From: an uncultured Candidatus Bathyarchaeia archaeon
Lineage (GTDB): Archaea; Thermoproteota; Bathyarchaeia; 40CM-2-53-6
Reading direction: 5' to 3'
Assembly (NCBI GenBank): GCA_964353625.1
Contig: CAYGWT010000331.1
Location: forward strand, 1-41,124
Length of the DNA: 41,124 bases
In this document: piece by piece, positions 17,477 through 25,096 of the stretch
Position numbering within the stretch: the first letter of the stretch is position 1
How the letters are laid out: each line of letters opens with the position of its first letter
Program-made: the position numbers and the translations under genes
The notes under the pieces: generated by a model
Database searches by the model: none
Seen by the model: only the letters and a program-made list of their open reading frames with translations
What the model was told of the DNA's origin: nothing

Positions 17477-17483
17477 TCTGCTA

Positions 17484-17799
17484 TGTTGTATCGAAGCAAC
17501 ACTAGTCGTAGGTGTCTGATTTAACAGGCGATGCTTCGTCCCAGACTAGCTGCCCCTCCAAAGACTCAGGGCCGTACTCCATACAGATGTCGCAAAAATC
17601 CAACATCAGTTCTCGCTCTTGTTGCGAAAGTACAACACCACATCCCTTGCAGTGTGTCCGAATTACAACAACCTCCCGGAGTTCTACGTCCTCCTTCCCT
17701 GTAACCGGATCCCAGTGTTGCCGAATTACAACATCCTGTTGTTTTTCTGCAACATCTTGTTGTGTGTTTACAACACCTTCTTGTTGTTTTTGTGCAACA
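17484..17799. promoter_or_regulatory. Array A of the 18-bp palindrome TGTTG-N8-CAACA (six perfect copies plus one degenerate)
   Basis: Perfect copies start at 17484, 17620, 17716, 17737, 17758 and 17782. A degenerate copy (TGTGT...CAACA) starts at 17653. The 17484 copy ends 7 nt from the -35 of the 17448-17476 promoter. The others lie inside ORF 17502..17804. Confidence 0.7.
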
Positions 17800-17804
17800 G
17801 TCAT
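17502..17804 (-). CDS. Hypothetical 100-aa protein with a C-terminal CxxC...CxxC zinc ribbon. Its N-terminal half is encoded by the palindrome array.
   Basis: The ATG overlaps the upstream stop (ATGA) and GGAG lies 8 nt upstream. The C-terminal half contains HCKGCG...FCDIC. The N-terminal half has repetitive QQ(E/D)(G/V)VV(N/I) units caused by the DNA repeats. Confidence 0.45.
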   Translation of the reverse strand: MTVAQKQQEGVVNTQQDVAEKQQDVVIRQHWDPVTGKEDVELREVVVIRTHCKGCGVVLSQQERELMLDFCDICMEYGPESLEGQLVWDEASPVKSDTYD

Positions 17805-18178
17805 TTCTTCTTCTCCTTCAGCGCGGTGTCGATTCGCTCAATGAGCTTGCTTGGCGTATCGGTCGTGTGTCCGTCAAACGTCTGGGACTCAACGACAATC
17901 GGACGCGCCTCCTGCAGCAACTCCCGCAGCCTTTCGTTCTCCGCATCGGCCACATCTCCTCGTTCGCTTGCTAGACGAAGCAACTCCCGCAGTCGTCCAG
18001 CGTCCACGCATGCGTCAATCGACTCCTTGACGAACTTATCTTTAGCGGCAATCTCCGCATGCAGCCTGTCATTCTGTTCTGTCAGTCGCTTGACTGTCTG
18101 TTCCAGTACTTGGTTGTCTCTCAGCAAATCGAAGTAGCCAGGACAGATGTTATCGGCATCCTCTTTATATGTACTCAT
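17801..18178 (-). CDS. Hypothetical coiled-coil protein
   Basis: It has heptad-like, Leu/Glu/Arg-rich sequence (LEQTVKRLTEQNDRLHAEIAAKDKF..., RLRELLRLASERGD...ENERLRELLQEA). GGGGAGG lies upstream of the ATG. Confidence 0.6.
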   Translation of the reverse strand: MSTYKEDADNICPGYFDLLRDNQVLEQTVKRLTEQNDRLHAEIAAKDKFVKESIDACVDAGRLRELLRLASERGDVADAENERLRELLQEARPIVVESQTFDGHTTDTPSKLIERIDTALKEKKK

Positions 18179-18179
18179 T

Positions 18180-18386
18180 TTACCTCCCCGAGTCCTTAGA
18201 GCCGAAGCGATTCTCTATGATGCGCTGACGGAACACGTTGAACACCGCCACGACGATCAGGGAAAAGATGGCGAAGATGGCGATGCCCGCTGTGAGTTCC
18301 GGGAACCATCGGACCCCGGCGAGAAAAGCTCCGAAAGTCCCGAATGCTCCAAGTGTCTGTAGAGCGGCTAATAGGTTGACGTTCAT
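18180..18386 (-). CDS. Small membrane protein with two TMDs
   Basis: Translation is MNVNLLAALQTLGAFGTFGAFLAGVRWFPELTAGIAIFAIFSLIVVAVFNVF.... The start is moved to ATG 18386, which has AAGGAGG upstream and an ATGA overlap with the upstream mini-ORF. Confidence 0.55.
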   Translation of the reverse strand: MNVNLLAALQTLGAFGTFGAFLAGVRWFPELTAGIAIFAIFSLIVVAVFNVFRQRIIENRFGSKDSGR

Positions 18387-18541
18387 TTGCATCCCTCCTT
18401 GCAGAGCTTCTCTGGTGGGCAGAACGACCCGCGACAGCACTCGATCGTCTTGAAATGCTCGATCTGCGCCACAGCCGCAAGCCAGAAGCACACGATCACG
18501 AGCAGAATGACTACCACCCGCTTCGCAATGGCGATGTTCAT
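18383..18541 (-). CDS. Possible 52-aa membrane-anchored Cys-rich mini-protein (not in the ORF track)
   Basis: Hand translation gives MNIAIAKRVVVILLVIVCFWLAAVAQIEHFKTIECCRGSFCPPEKLCKEGCK. It has ATGA overlaps at both ends. Confidence 0.4.
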   Translation of the reverse strand: MNIAIAKRVVVILLVIVCFWLAAVAQIEHFKTIECCRGSFCPPEKLCKEGCK

Positions 18542-18861
18542 AGTACCTTCCCCCAGAGTTCGATCATCTCGTCCGATCTGCTCGATAAGAATTGGTCCAG
18601 TTTTCGCCAGTTGTGTTGCGTCAGAATCCTTTTTTGCGGTGCGTTGGTACTTACAACTGTACAGAGTACATAGTCGTAGGCTGCGTCCTTCGCATAGTTC
18701 AGGCGTCTCTGGTGCATTGTCTTGCCGAATCCCCTACCTCGGAATGCAGGCTTGAGGAAGCTGGCATGGGATACTGCAACCTGTGCACAGCCAGGCAAAC
18801 TGGTCAATTCTCCAGCACCTGCTGTTTCGCCTTCGAGGATGAATGGTAGTCTAATCGTCAT
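18538..18861 (-). CDS. Minimal GNAT-family N-acetyltransferase-like protein
   Basis: The sequence FRGRGFGKTMHQRRLNYAKD matches the acetyl-CoA-binding motif A (R/Q-x-x-G-x-G/A). It is 107 aa and has an ATGA overlap with the primase stop. Confidence 0.6.
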   Translation of the reverse strand: MTIRLPFILEGETAGAGELTSLPGCAQVAVSHASFLKPAFRGRGFGKTMHQRRLNYAKDAAYDYVLCTVVSTNAPQKRILTQHNWRKLDQFLSSRSDEMIELWGKVL

Positions 18862-19580
18862 AGTACCTCCTGTATCTCTTCGTCAGTTTGTGACTTTGGA
18901 TCCTTATCCGTGCTTACGACACGAACGGACTTGAACTTGCTGATTCGATTGGCGAACCCCAAAGCCTCCTTGTATTTGTCTCGATCCAGCCAGATGATTA
19001 CCTCCTTGATCCAAGGCATGTTGGCTATCTGCAGCATGGTATCGATACTGATGATACTGCCAAACAAGGGCATCGTTTCACAGAAACGACTAACCTTGAT
19101 CGCAGACACAGGATCTTCGACCAGTACTAGTTTGCCGGTCTTCCTCCACTTACTTAGGATGAAGAATGGCTTTTCTCCGTGGCAGAAGGTCTTAGGAAAG
19201 GCAAAGGAAAATCGCCCATCCTCCAGTCGAGTTACCGACCTTGCTTCCCAGAAGGTGTGCTTCTTGCCAAACGCATCCTCGGATTCGTGAATGAAGAGAT
19301 GCCTCCTCAGTAACGGGCTGTACGTGAACCACTGATCTATCTCAGCATCAGTAATGTACTGCTGTAACCATTCGCGGTTTACATCCGGAAGTTCATTGCA
19401 AGCATCCATAGGAGGTTTTACTTCTTCCTTGTCTGGTTGTTGCTCGGGAGTGTACTTGAAGTGGGATGGTGGCTCGTAGTGACGACACCCGAAACAGAAC
19501 CCACTACCGTCGTCGTACCTCCCGAGATTGTCCCTAGACCCACATTTGGGGCAGGGTTCATGGCCGACGCATACACCCAT
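18858..19580 (-). CDS. DNA primase (zinc finger plus TOPRIM)
   Basis: It has an N-terminal CPKCGSRDNLGRYDDGSGFCFGC zinc ribbon and TOPRIM-like LVLVEDPVSAIKV and IIWLDRDK motifs. Confidence 0.8.
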   Translation of the reverse strand: MGVCVGHEPCPKCGSRDNLGRYDDGSGFCFGCRHYEPPSHFKYTPEQQPDKEEVKPPMDACNELPDVNREWLQQYITDAEIDQWFTYSPLLRRHLFIHESEDAFGKKHTFWEARSVTRLEDGRFSFAFPKTFCHGEKPFFILSKWRKTGKLVLVEDPVSAIKVSRFCETMPLFGSIISIDTMLQIANMPWIKEVIIWLDRDKYKEALGFANRISKFKSVRVVSTDKDPKSQTDEEIQEVL

Positions 19581-20188
19581 TAGTCGTATACCTCCTGTGG
19601 ATCCGCATCCTTACACGAATACCACAACAGATCAGCGAAGATAGCCACAAGGTCTCTCTGATCCTTTGGTTGACGAAGGCGGACCTTGATATCCTTCTTC
19701 TTGAGAACCCTGTTTACTGCTCTAGTAAACGAAACAGCATTCATGAGGGCTTTATCTCGATCCGTAATAGCTTCCTGCAATATCCGGATATCGTTTTGCT
19801 GCCTCCAGACTTGTCTCTGTAGGTTAGTGCTACGCTTTTTGTACACCTCTACCAAATAAGCGTCCCCTTTACCTTTAGGTACTTCTACTTCATCCTCTCT
19901 TAGCGGATCCGGAATGAAATACCGTTGTTGGGCGACGCCAGCAAGGAGCTGACCTAAGCCAGGATCCCCTGCGGCCGGAATCGCCTCCCGTACAGGGTTC
20001 ACAGGAACATCTCGCTGATTTGCAAGTTCCTCGAACAGCGCATCCGCGTCGAAAGGTTGTATCGGCTCACGCCGCACCTCTACTCTTGGCCGCTGTGGCA
20101 TGGGGGCAGGCCTTCGTTGCACCCCAAGGATCTCTTCGCGCAATCGTTGCCAATCAACGTTTGGATTTGGGTTATCGGGCATAGGCAT
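19580..20188 (-). CDS. Hypothetical protein
   Basis: It is a 202-aa ORF with a Pro/Arg-rich N-terminus, coupled to both neighbours. I recognise no motif. Confidence 0.55.
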   Translation of the reverse strand: MPMPDNPNPNVDWQRLREEILGVQRRPAPMPQRPRVEVRREPIQPFDADALFEELANQRDVPVNPVREAIPAAGDPGLGQLLAGVAQQRYFIPDPLREDEVEVPKGKGDAYLVEVYKKRSTNLQRQVWRQQNDIRILQEAITDRDKALMNAVSFTRAVNRVLKKKDIKVRLRQPKDQRDLVAIFADLLWYSCKDADPQEVYD

Positions 20189-20924
20189 TCGCTAGCTCCT
20201 TCAAAACGACAGCATACTCCTTTGCCTGTGAGTTGTCAACACCAGGCGCGGTGTTAACCTCGAGGACCAGTAGTTTACCGTCCTTCTTGCTCCGGATGAT
20301 ATCAACAGCACCAAAGTCGAGGCCGACAGCCTGCACTGCTTTGACAGCCAGTTCACGGATACCCTTCGGCTCCTCGATATCGTTCTTGCAGAACACGTAG
20401 CCGTTCCACCACGAGCGAATGTACTGGTCCTTCACTTCCACACCAGCACGCCTCTTCTTCTGCTGGACAAGGAAGGACTTTTCCTTAGTCGCATGGACGC
20501 GGTACTCTGCATCCTTCTGTACGTATTTGACGTACAGCGGGGCCTTGGGCAGCTCCGCATCACCACCCTTCAAGTTCACTATACCTTTTCCCGAATGGGA
20601 AGACAGCAGCTGCCTTGCGAACACCCGATCCCCCTTCTGTAGCCAGAACTTTGCCTCGGCTTTCTCTGGGGTCCACCCGGGTACTGGTACGCCGTGCAAA
20701 CTTAGTTGCTGGAAAGAGCTCAACTTGTTGCTTGCTATATCGGTTGAGGGATTCAGCATGTTCCGCTTGTACTTCGTAGGCGGCGCGGAGGATCCCCAGT
20801 TCACCACCAATGTATGCGCAGCAGGGGCCACAGAGTTCCGAATCATCCTCTTCCAACCCGTAGCGATCGAGATCGCTTTGGCCGATTGGCTGGTTCGATT
20901 GTACGGCCAGATCAGTACTTTCAT
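20172..20924 (-). CDS. ATP-grasp ligase (RimK-like)
   Basis: The pattern includes NKLSSFQQLSLHGVPVP..., SSHSGKGIV, YVQKDAEYRV and LDFGAVDII...LLVLEVNTAPG, which is the typical ATP-grasp C-terminal Mg/ATP motif. Confidence 0.75.
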   Translation of the reverse strand: MKVLIWPYNRTSQSAKAISIATGWKRMIRNSVAPAAHTLVVNWGSSAPPTKYKRNMLNPSTDIASNKLSSFQQLSLHGVPVPGWTPEKAEAKFWLQKGDRVFARQLLSSHSGKGIVNLKGGDAELPKAPLYVKYVQKDAEYRVHATKEKSFLVQQKKRRAGVEVKDQYIRSWWNGYVFCKNDIEEPKGIRELAVKAVQAVGLDFGAVDIIRSKKDGKLLVLEVNTAPGVDNSQAKEYAVVLKELANAYAR

Positions 20925-22294
20925 TGGAACCTCGAGAATTGTTGTTGGATGGCTTGCTTGTCGTGATTGTTGAGGCAGGAAGCTGAGTGTCCTTCGACAC
21001 AGTCTCCGCAGTAGAGCTTGACAAGTGCTCCCTGTCGTACCGCAACAACAGACGCGGGATCACTTTCATCAATGGCTCCTTGGCAGGACCAGCATTGCTG
21101 GGTTCTGCACATCTCTGCCCACTCTCCTTTGGGGAAAGTCTCCCCGCCATAGGTAACAACAGGTTTGTCAGCATTGGTTCCTCCATCTTCGACCTTATCC
21201 CAAACAATCTCACGATAACGAACAGTGTAGGTTGCTGTCTTGGTTTGGAAATCAAGACCAACAGCGACAACCATACCTACCCCGATATCACCCTTGCGTA
21301 CAGTTGTGGCTGACTCGGTGTTCCCAGTAACAAAATGAACCTTGTTACCTTTGACGTCATGACCAGTAAAGTGGCACTGACCATTGATCCATGTCATGTT
21401 ATCCACATGGAACTCGACGTTCTCCCCGATCTCATACTCGCGCTTGATCGAGTCATACGCAGCCTGCCCAACGACTGAACTCGGTGTGTGTGTATACTTG
21501 TACCGGTCATGCCCGCCGTGCGAAGAACCACGATTGAAGTTCGTCAATCCAGCTGGGTAAGCTTGGCCGGTCTTCGCATAGAACTTTGGGCGGTTTCCTT
21601 CGACCACCTCTCCTTCGACCATCTCCAGGGTCTCGACGTCAAATGTATACAGAGTATTGGCTTTGAACGATTTGATGCCTTGAGCTGTATAGATCTTGTT
21701 TCGAGCCGCTAGGTACTCAAGAGCTTCCTTCTCGGACATGATGTAGATCAGGTTGTTCGATTCAAGGTAGTGCAGCTCTCGTTCGTGGTTGCGCAGAATC
21801 TGAATCTGCTTCTTCTTGTTGTCGTACAAGATGATTGCCCAAGCTCCAGACAGATCGCCAATAGCCTCCTTCAGACCCTTCTCGGCAATAGCCTTGACCA
21901 TTCCATGAGAGTCTACCTCGACGTTATGCTCCTTGATATCGAGGCCTGAACGAATGGTCCCATTGTGTACAAGGGTGAACTCGTTCTCCCGGAACGGGTG
22001 AGCGTTCTGCTTATTCACCTTGCCCACAGTTGCCCATCTACCATGGCCGATCAACGCTCGTCCTGCGATCCCCTTGATCTTGAACTTCTCATAGGCCTTG
22101 TCGAACAGCAGATTGACAGATGGGCCTACTGTCTTGACGACTGGGCTTACCGACCCATCTGCGTCCACTGAGAAGCATCCCGATGAATGCCTCCCACGTA
22201 GCTCCGTCAATGTTCCCATCTGGGAGAAGATGTTGAACTCCGGATCGCCCACACCTATCTGGGACTTGTCGATGATTCCGTAGATACCGCACAT
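20921..22294 (-). CDS. Class II (Ntn) glutamine amidotransferase fused to an unassigned Cys-rich C-terminal domain of about 200 aa
   Basis: The start is set at MCGIYGII (nucleophile Cys2) with GGAAAGGAA upstream. GHGRWATVG and HNGTI follow. The C-terminal half (..CRTQQCWSCQG...YCGDCVEGHSASC) has no motif I recognise. Confidence 0.8.
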   Translation of the reverse strand: MCGIYGIIDKSQIGVGDPEFNIFSQMGTLTELRGRHSSGCFSVDADGSVSPVVKTVGPSVNLLFDKAYEKFKIKGIAGRALIGHGRWATVGKVNKQNAHPFRENEFTLVHNGTIRSGLDIKEHNVEVDSHGMVKAIAEKGLKEAIGDLSGAWAIILYDNKKKQIQILRNHERELHYLESNNLIYIMSEKEALEYLAARNKIYTAQGIKSFKANTLYTFDVETLEMVEGEVVEGNRPKFYAKTGQAYPAGLTNFNRGSSHGGHDRYKYTHTPSSVVGQAAYDSIKREYEIGENVEFHVDNMTWINGQCHFTGHDVKGNKVHFVTGNTESATTVRKGDIGVGMVVAVGLDFQTKTATYTVRYREIVWDKVEDGGTNADKPVVTYGGETFPKGEWAEMCRTQQCWSCQGAIDESDPASVVAVRQGALVKLYCGDCVEGHSASCLNNHDKQAIQQQFSRFQ

Positions 22295-22295
22295 G

Positions 22296-23141
22296 TCAGT
22301 TCCTTTCCGCGAAGTAAATCTTAGACCAAAGCACACCCTCTTCCATTGAATTCTGCAGCACAGTGGGAGGGAATATCTGTGCGGTTGCACCAAACACATT
22401 GGTTAGTAGTGCCTGGTACTCTGAGTTGGTGTTGAGTCCGGTTACTGTTCTTTCTACGGCTTCTGCTCCTTGTTTCTTGACGTAGGAATGTAGCTTAACG
22501 ATAAGCTGAATCCATCGCCGAAGCGTTATTGGATCAGCTGTTCCAGCCATATGGCGGAACTCCACAGTCCCAAACTTGGCGATACAGCTACCAACGTTCA
22601 GAGCACAGTACTTCCCTTCATCCCAACCGAAACGAACATCCTGTGGCATGATGTCAGTCAGCGGATAAGCAAAGCCATTAGCCCGCCTATCTTCCGGAAC
22701 CAACGAGAAGAACAGGTTCTCGAATACTGCGTAGAGTCCGATCAATGACCGCAGTTGTTCAAAGCTCCATGCCCTAACGTTGATATGGATGTGTACACTG
22801 CACCGATGAGACCAACGTGGCCTTTGGTCCTTCATTCCGTTTGCCAATTCACGCAAGGCGTAATCGATGTTCTTCCCAGCCACCGGAGTAGAGATCAGTT
22901 CTGCGCCATGATCCTTCAGCGAACCGTCCTTGTCCAGGTTCCAGTAGATACACTTCTGCGGCCACTTTTCTTGCGAGAACCCCTCAACCTCTACTTCGAT
23001 CCCGATTGGAATCTTGTAGCCCGAGAAGAAGGTCTTCAGTTCTTCGGAGTGATAGAACTTAGCTCCTTTCTCCTCGAGAGCACTCTGTAGAGGTAAGGCG
23101 ACTGGTCTTTCAACCAAGCCCCTAACCAGTTTGCTAGCCAT
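22296..23141 (-). CDS. Amidoligase_2-like (GS/GCS-fold COOH-NH2 ligase)
   Basis: The motifs GIEVEVEG, DGSLKDHGAELISTPV, CSVHIHINV and TVEFRHMAGT follow the pattern of the putative amidoligase family. Confidence 0.7.
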   Translation of the reverse strand: MASKLVRGLVERPVALPLQSALEEKGAKFYHSEELKTFFSGYKIPIGIEVEVEGFSQEKWPQKCIYWNLDKDGSLKDHGAELISTPVAGKNIDYALRELANGMKDQRPRWSHRCSVHIHINVRAWSFEQLRSLIGLYAVFENLFFSLVPEDRRANGFAYPLTDIMPQDVRFGWDEGKYCALNVGSCIAKFGTVEFRHMAGTADPITLRRWIQLIVKLHSYVKKQGAEAVERTVTGLNTNSEYQALLTNVFGATAQIFPPTVLQNSMEEGVLWSKIYFAERN

Positions 23142-23728
23142 TAAAGTACCTCCCGCAAGGCATCATACAACTCCTGTTGCACAGTGTTATAGAGAGGGAG
23201 ATGGAAATCCTTCCCGTTACGGGTACCAACCTTCTTCCACATGTAGTGGATATCGGTTGGTCCTAGGAACAGTCGATTGCTAATGGCCCCCCACTCGGCC
23301 AATGCCTGTTCCTTGTCCTTACGTTCGAACACAGGGCGTTGTCCGAACACATCGTGCTTGATCCAGGTATCGTTGGAGATATCACCTGCTCCACGGAAAC
23401 ACTGCCGATCTTTTCTACTGTCGTAGTAATACAGCGTGTGGGTTTGGTGGTTGACTCCAACGTAGAACAGCTTACGATGTTCCCGCACAATACACATATC
23501 TCTGGCGATGTAGCCCGAGGGAACATACTTGTATTGTGGTTCCCAGAGTGAGTAGCCATAGTTCTGGGGAGGCTCTACCAGAGCTGATCCTCTAGCATAA
23601 CCTACCAACGCTGTACCAGTCGCTCCGGTTACAAACACCGTTTGTGCAACACCAGTCTTCACGTTAAGAACCCTGGTCAAGGTGTTGCCAAACTTGCGCA
23701 TGTATGCCGCTGCATCCCACTCCTTCAT
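23141..23728 (-). CDS. Hypothetical protein within the amidoligase cassette
   Basis: It is 195 aa, with a TAATG overlap downstream and an ATGA overlap upstream. I recognise no motif. Confidence 0.55.
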   Translation of the reverse strand: MKEWDAAAYMRKFGNTLTRVLNVKTGVAQTVFVTGATGTALVGYARGSALVEPPQNYGYSLWEPQYKYVPSGYIARDMCIVREHRKLFYVGVNHQTHTLYYYDSRKDRQCFRGAGDISNDTWIKHDVFGQRPVFERKDKEQALAEWGAISNRLFLGPTDIHYMWKKVGTRNGKDFHLPLYNTVQQELYDALREVL

Positions 23729-24507
23729 TGAGGAACCTCCAGGCCGTACTGCTCGATCACCGACTGTGCACCGACCCTATCCCCGCTGTTGATGATCTCG
23801 GGAATGAAGTCCGGCAGGATGATACCCTTCCGCACTTCAGTCAGCATACGATTAACAACACGATACACCCACTCGATACGCTGTTGGGTAGTAGTCCAGA
23901 AGTTGGACGCGGTGCGAAACTCCACACCATAGGGCTTCATACGACACGCCCCTGCCTTGCCGTACAACTCTCGTCGGCGATCGTCCAGATCCACCATCAT
24001 ACCGGGCAGCGTGATGTACATATCCGCAGCACGGACAACAGTGAACATATCTTCCGGTTTGAAGTACTCGAAACCGAAATGCAGATGCCCGCCAGCCGAG
24101 CGAAGGAACGGGTTAGCCGCAGCAGGCCGAGGATTCCACTCCTTCGTATACGCATTGAGATCAGGATCACAACCCATGATCCATGCCCGATCATCCTGCA
24201 GTTCCGATTGAGGGAACACCACACTCGGCACGATGTGGACAGCAAGGCCCATCTGTCCAGCCGCATCTTCGATCAGATCACGCGCCGTGACGTTGCGATC
24301 AACCCACTCGTGCATACTTTGGGCAGGAGTGATGCCGTACTCGACGGCGCAGTTGTCCACTTGCACCGAGACCTCATTGGTCAGGGGCACGGGTTGGTCT
24401 TTCGTTCCATTGAACTTGTCAATTGCGGACACCGGCTCATTGGTGTACACAGAACGAAGGAACCATTCGGGATCACACCCGATCAGAAACTTAGGCGAGA
24501 TTGACAT
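23725..24507 (-). CDS. Second COOH-NH2 ligase-like protein (phiEco32-type, type 2)
   Basis: The N-terminal MSISPKFLIGCDPEWFL and later GGHLHFG are reminiscent of the phage COOH-NH2 ligase type 2 family. The start is set to ATG 24507. Confidence 0.55.
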   Translation of the reverse strand: MSISPKFLIGCDPEWFLRSVYTNEPVSAIDKFNGTKDQPVPLTNEVSVQVDNCAVEYGITPAQSMHEWVDRNVTARDLIEDAAGQMGLAVHIVPSVVFPQSELQDDRAWIMGCDPDLNAYTKEWNPRPAAANPFLRSAGGHLHFGFEYFKPEDMFTVVRAADMYITLPGMMVDLDDRRRELYGKAGACRMKPYGVEFRTASNFWTTTQQRIEWVYRVVNRMLTEVRKGIILPDFIPEIINSGDRVGAQSVIEQYGLEVPQ

Positions 24508-25096
24508 TGAGTTTGTCCTTGATAAGGGAACGAACGTACTGCGAGAAAGGGCTGTCCTTGTCAAGATACTCCGGGTGTCCTTGAACACCAAGCGAGTTAG
24601 TATCTTTCCAATAAACTACTTCTGCTTCTGGTTCACTGCATAGGGTTTTACCATCCGCATTTTCCTTTTCAAGGGAAAGAATATCCTTCGCCCAAGCTAG
24701 TAATTCACCACCAAAGGGGCGCATCATTTGATGGTGTGTCGAAGTAACTACGAATTCAGTATTACTACTCGTAGTAACCATATGGCTTCGGCCATGGTTC
24801 TTGACATTCTGCCATAGCTTGCCACCATTCATTGCACAGAGGAACTGTGCCCCCCTGCATATCCCAAGCATCGGGATTTTCAACTCAAGTGCTCGGAGAA
24901 AGATAGGCACTTCGATTGCATCCCTATCCGGATCAGAATAGGATGCGACGTTCTTCTCATGATACAGGGCGGGGTCAATATCAGCACCACCCCAGAAGAT
25001 GAGTAGATCCATCCGTTCTTCAACGTGCAGTGGATGGAGCACGTGTTTCGCTGCGCCGAAGTACGGATTGAACTCCACTACAGATCCGATTCTCAC
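24491..25096 (-). CDS. Class I glutamine amidotransferase / peptidase C26 (gamma-glutamyl hydrolase, PuuD-like)
   Basis: It contains LGICRGAQFL (nucleophile elbow) and GVQGHPEY (catalytic His). A GTG start at 25096 overlaps the upstream TAG, with GGAG 7 nt upstream. Confidence 0.75.
   Translation of the reverse strand: MRIGSVVEFNPYFGAAKHVLHPLHVEERMDLLIFWGGADIDPALYHEKNVASYSDPDRDAIEVPIFLRALELKIPMLGICRGAQFLCAMNGGKLWQNVKNHGRSHMVTTSSNTEFVVTSTHHQMMRPFGGELLAWAKDILSLEKENADGKTLCSEPEAEVVYWKDTNSLGVQGHPEYLDKDSPFSQYVRSLIKDKLNVNLA

Noticed and set aside
23704-24504. A 266-aa plus-strand ORF antisense to the COOH-NH2 ligase-like gene
   Set aside because: The opposite-strand gene has recognisable motifs and operon coupling. 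This frame is Arg/His/Leu-rich and has no SD.
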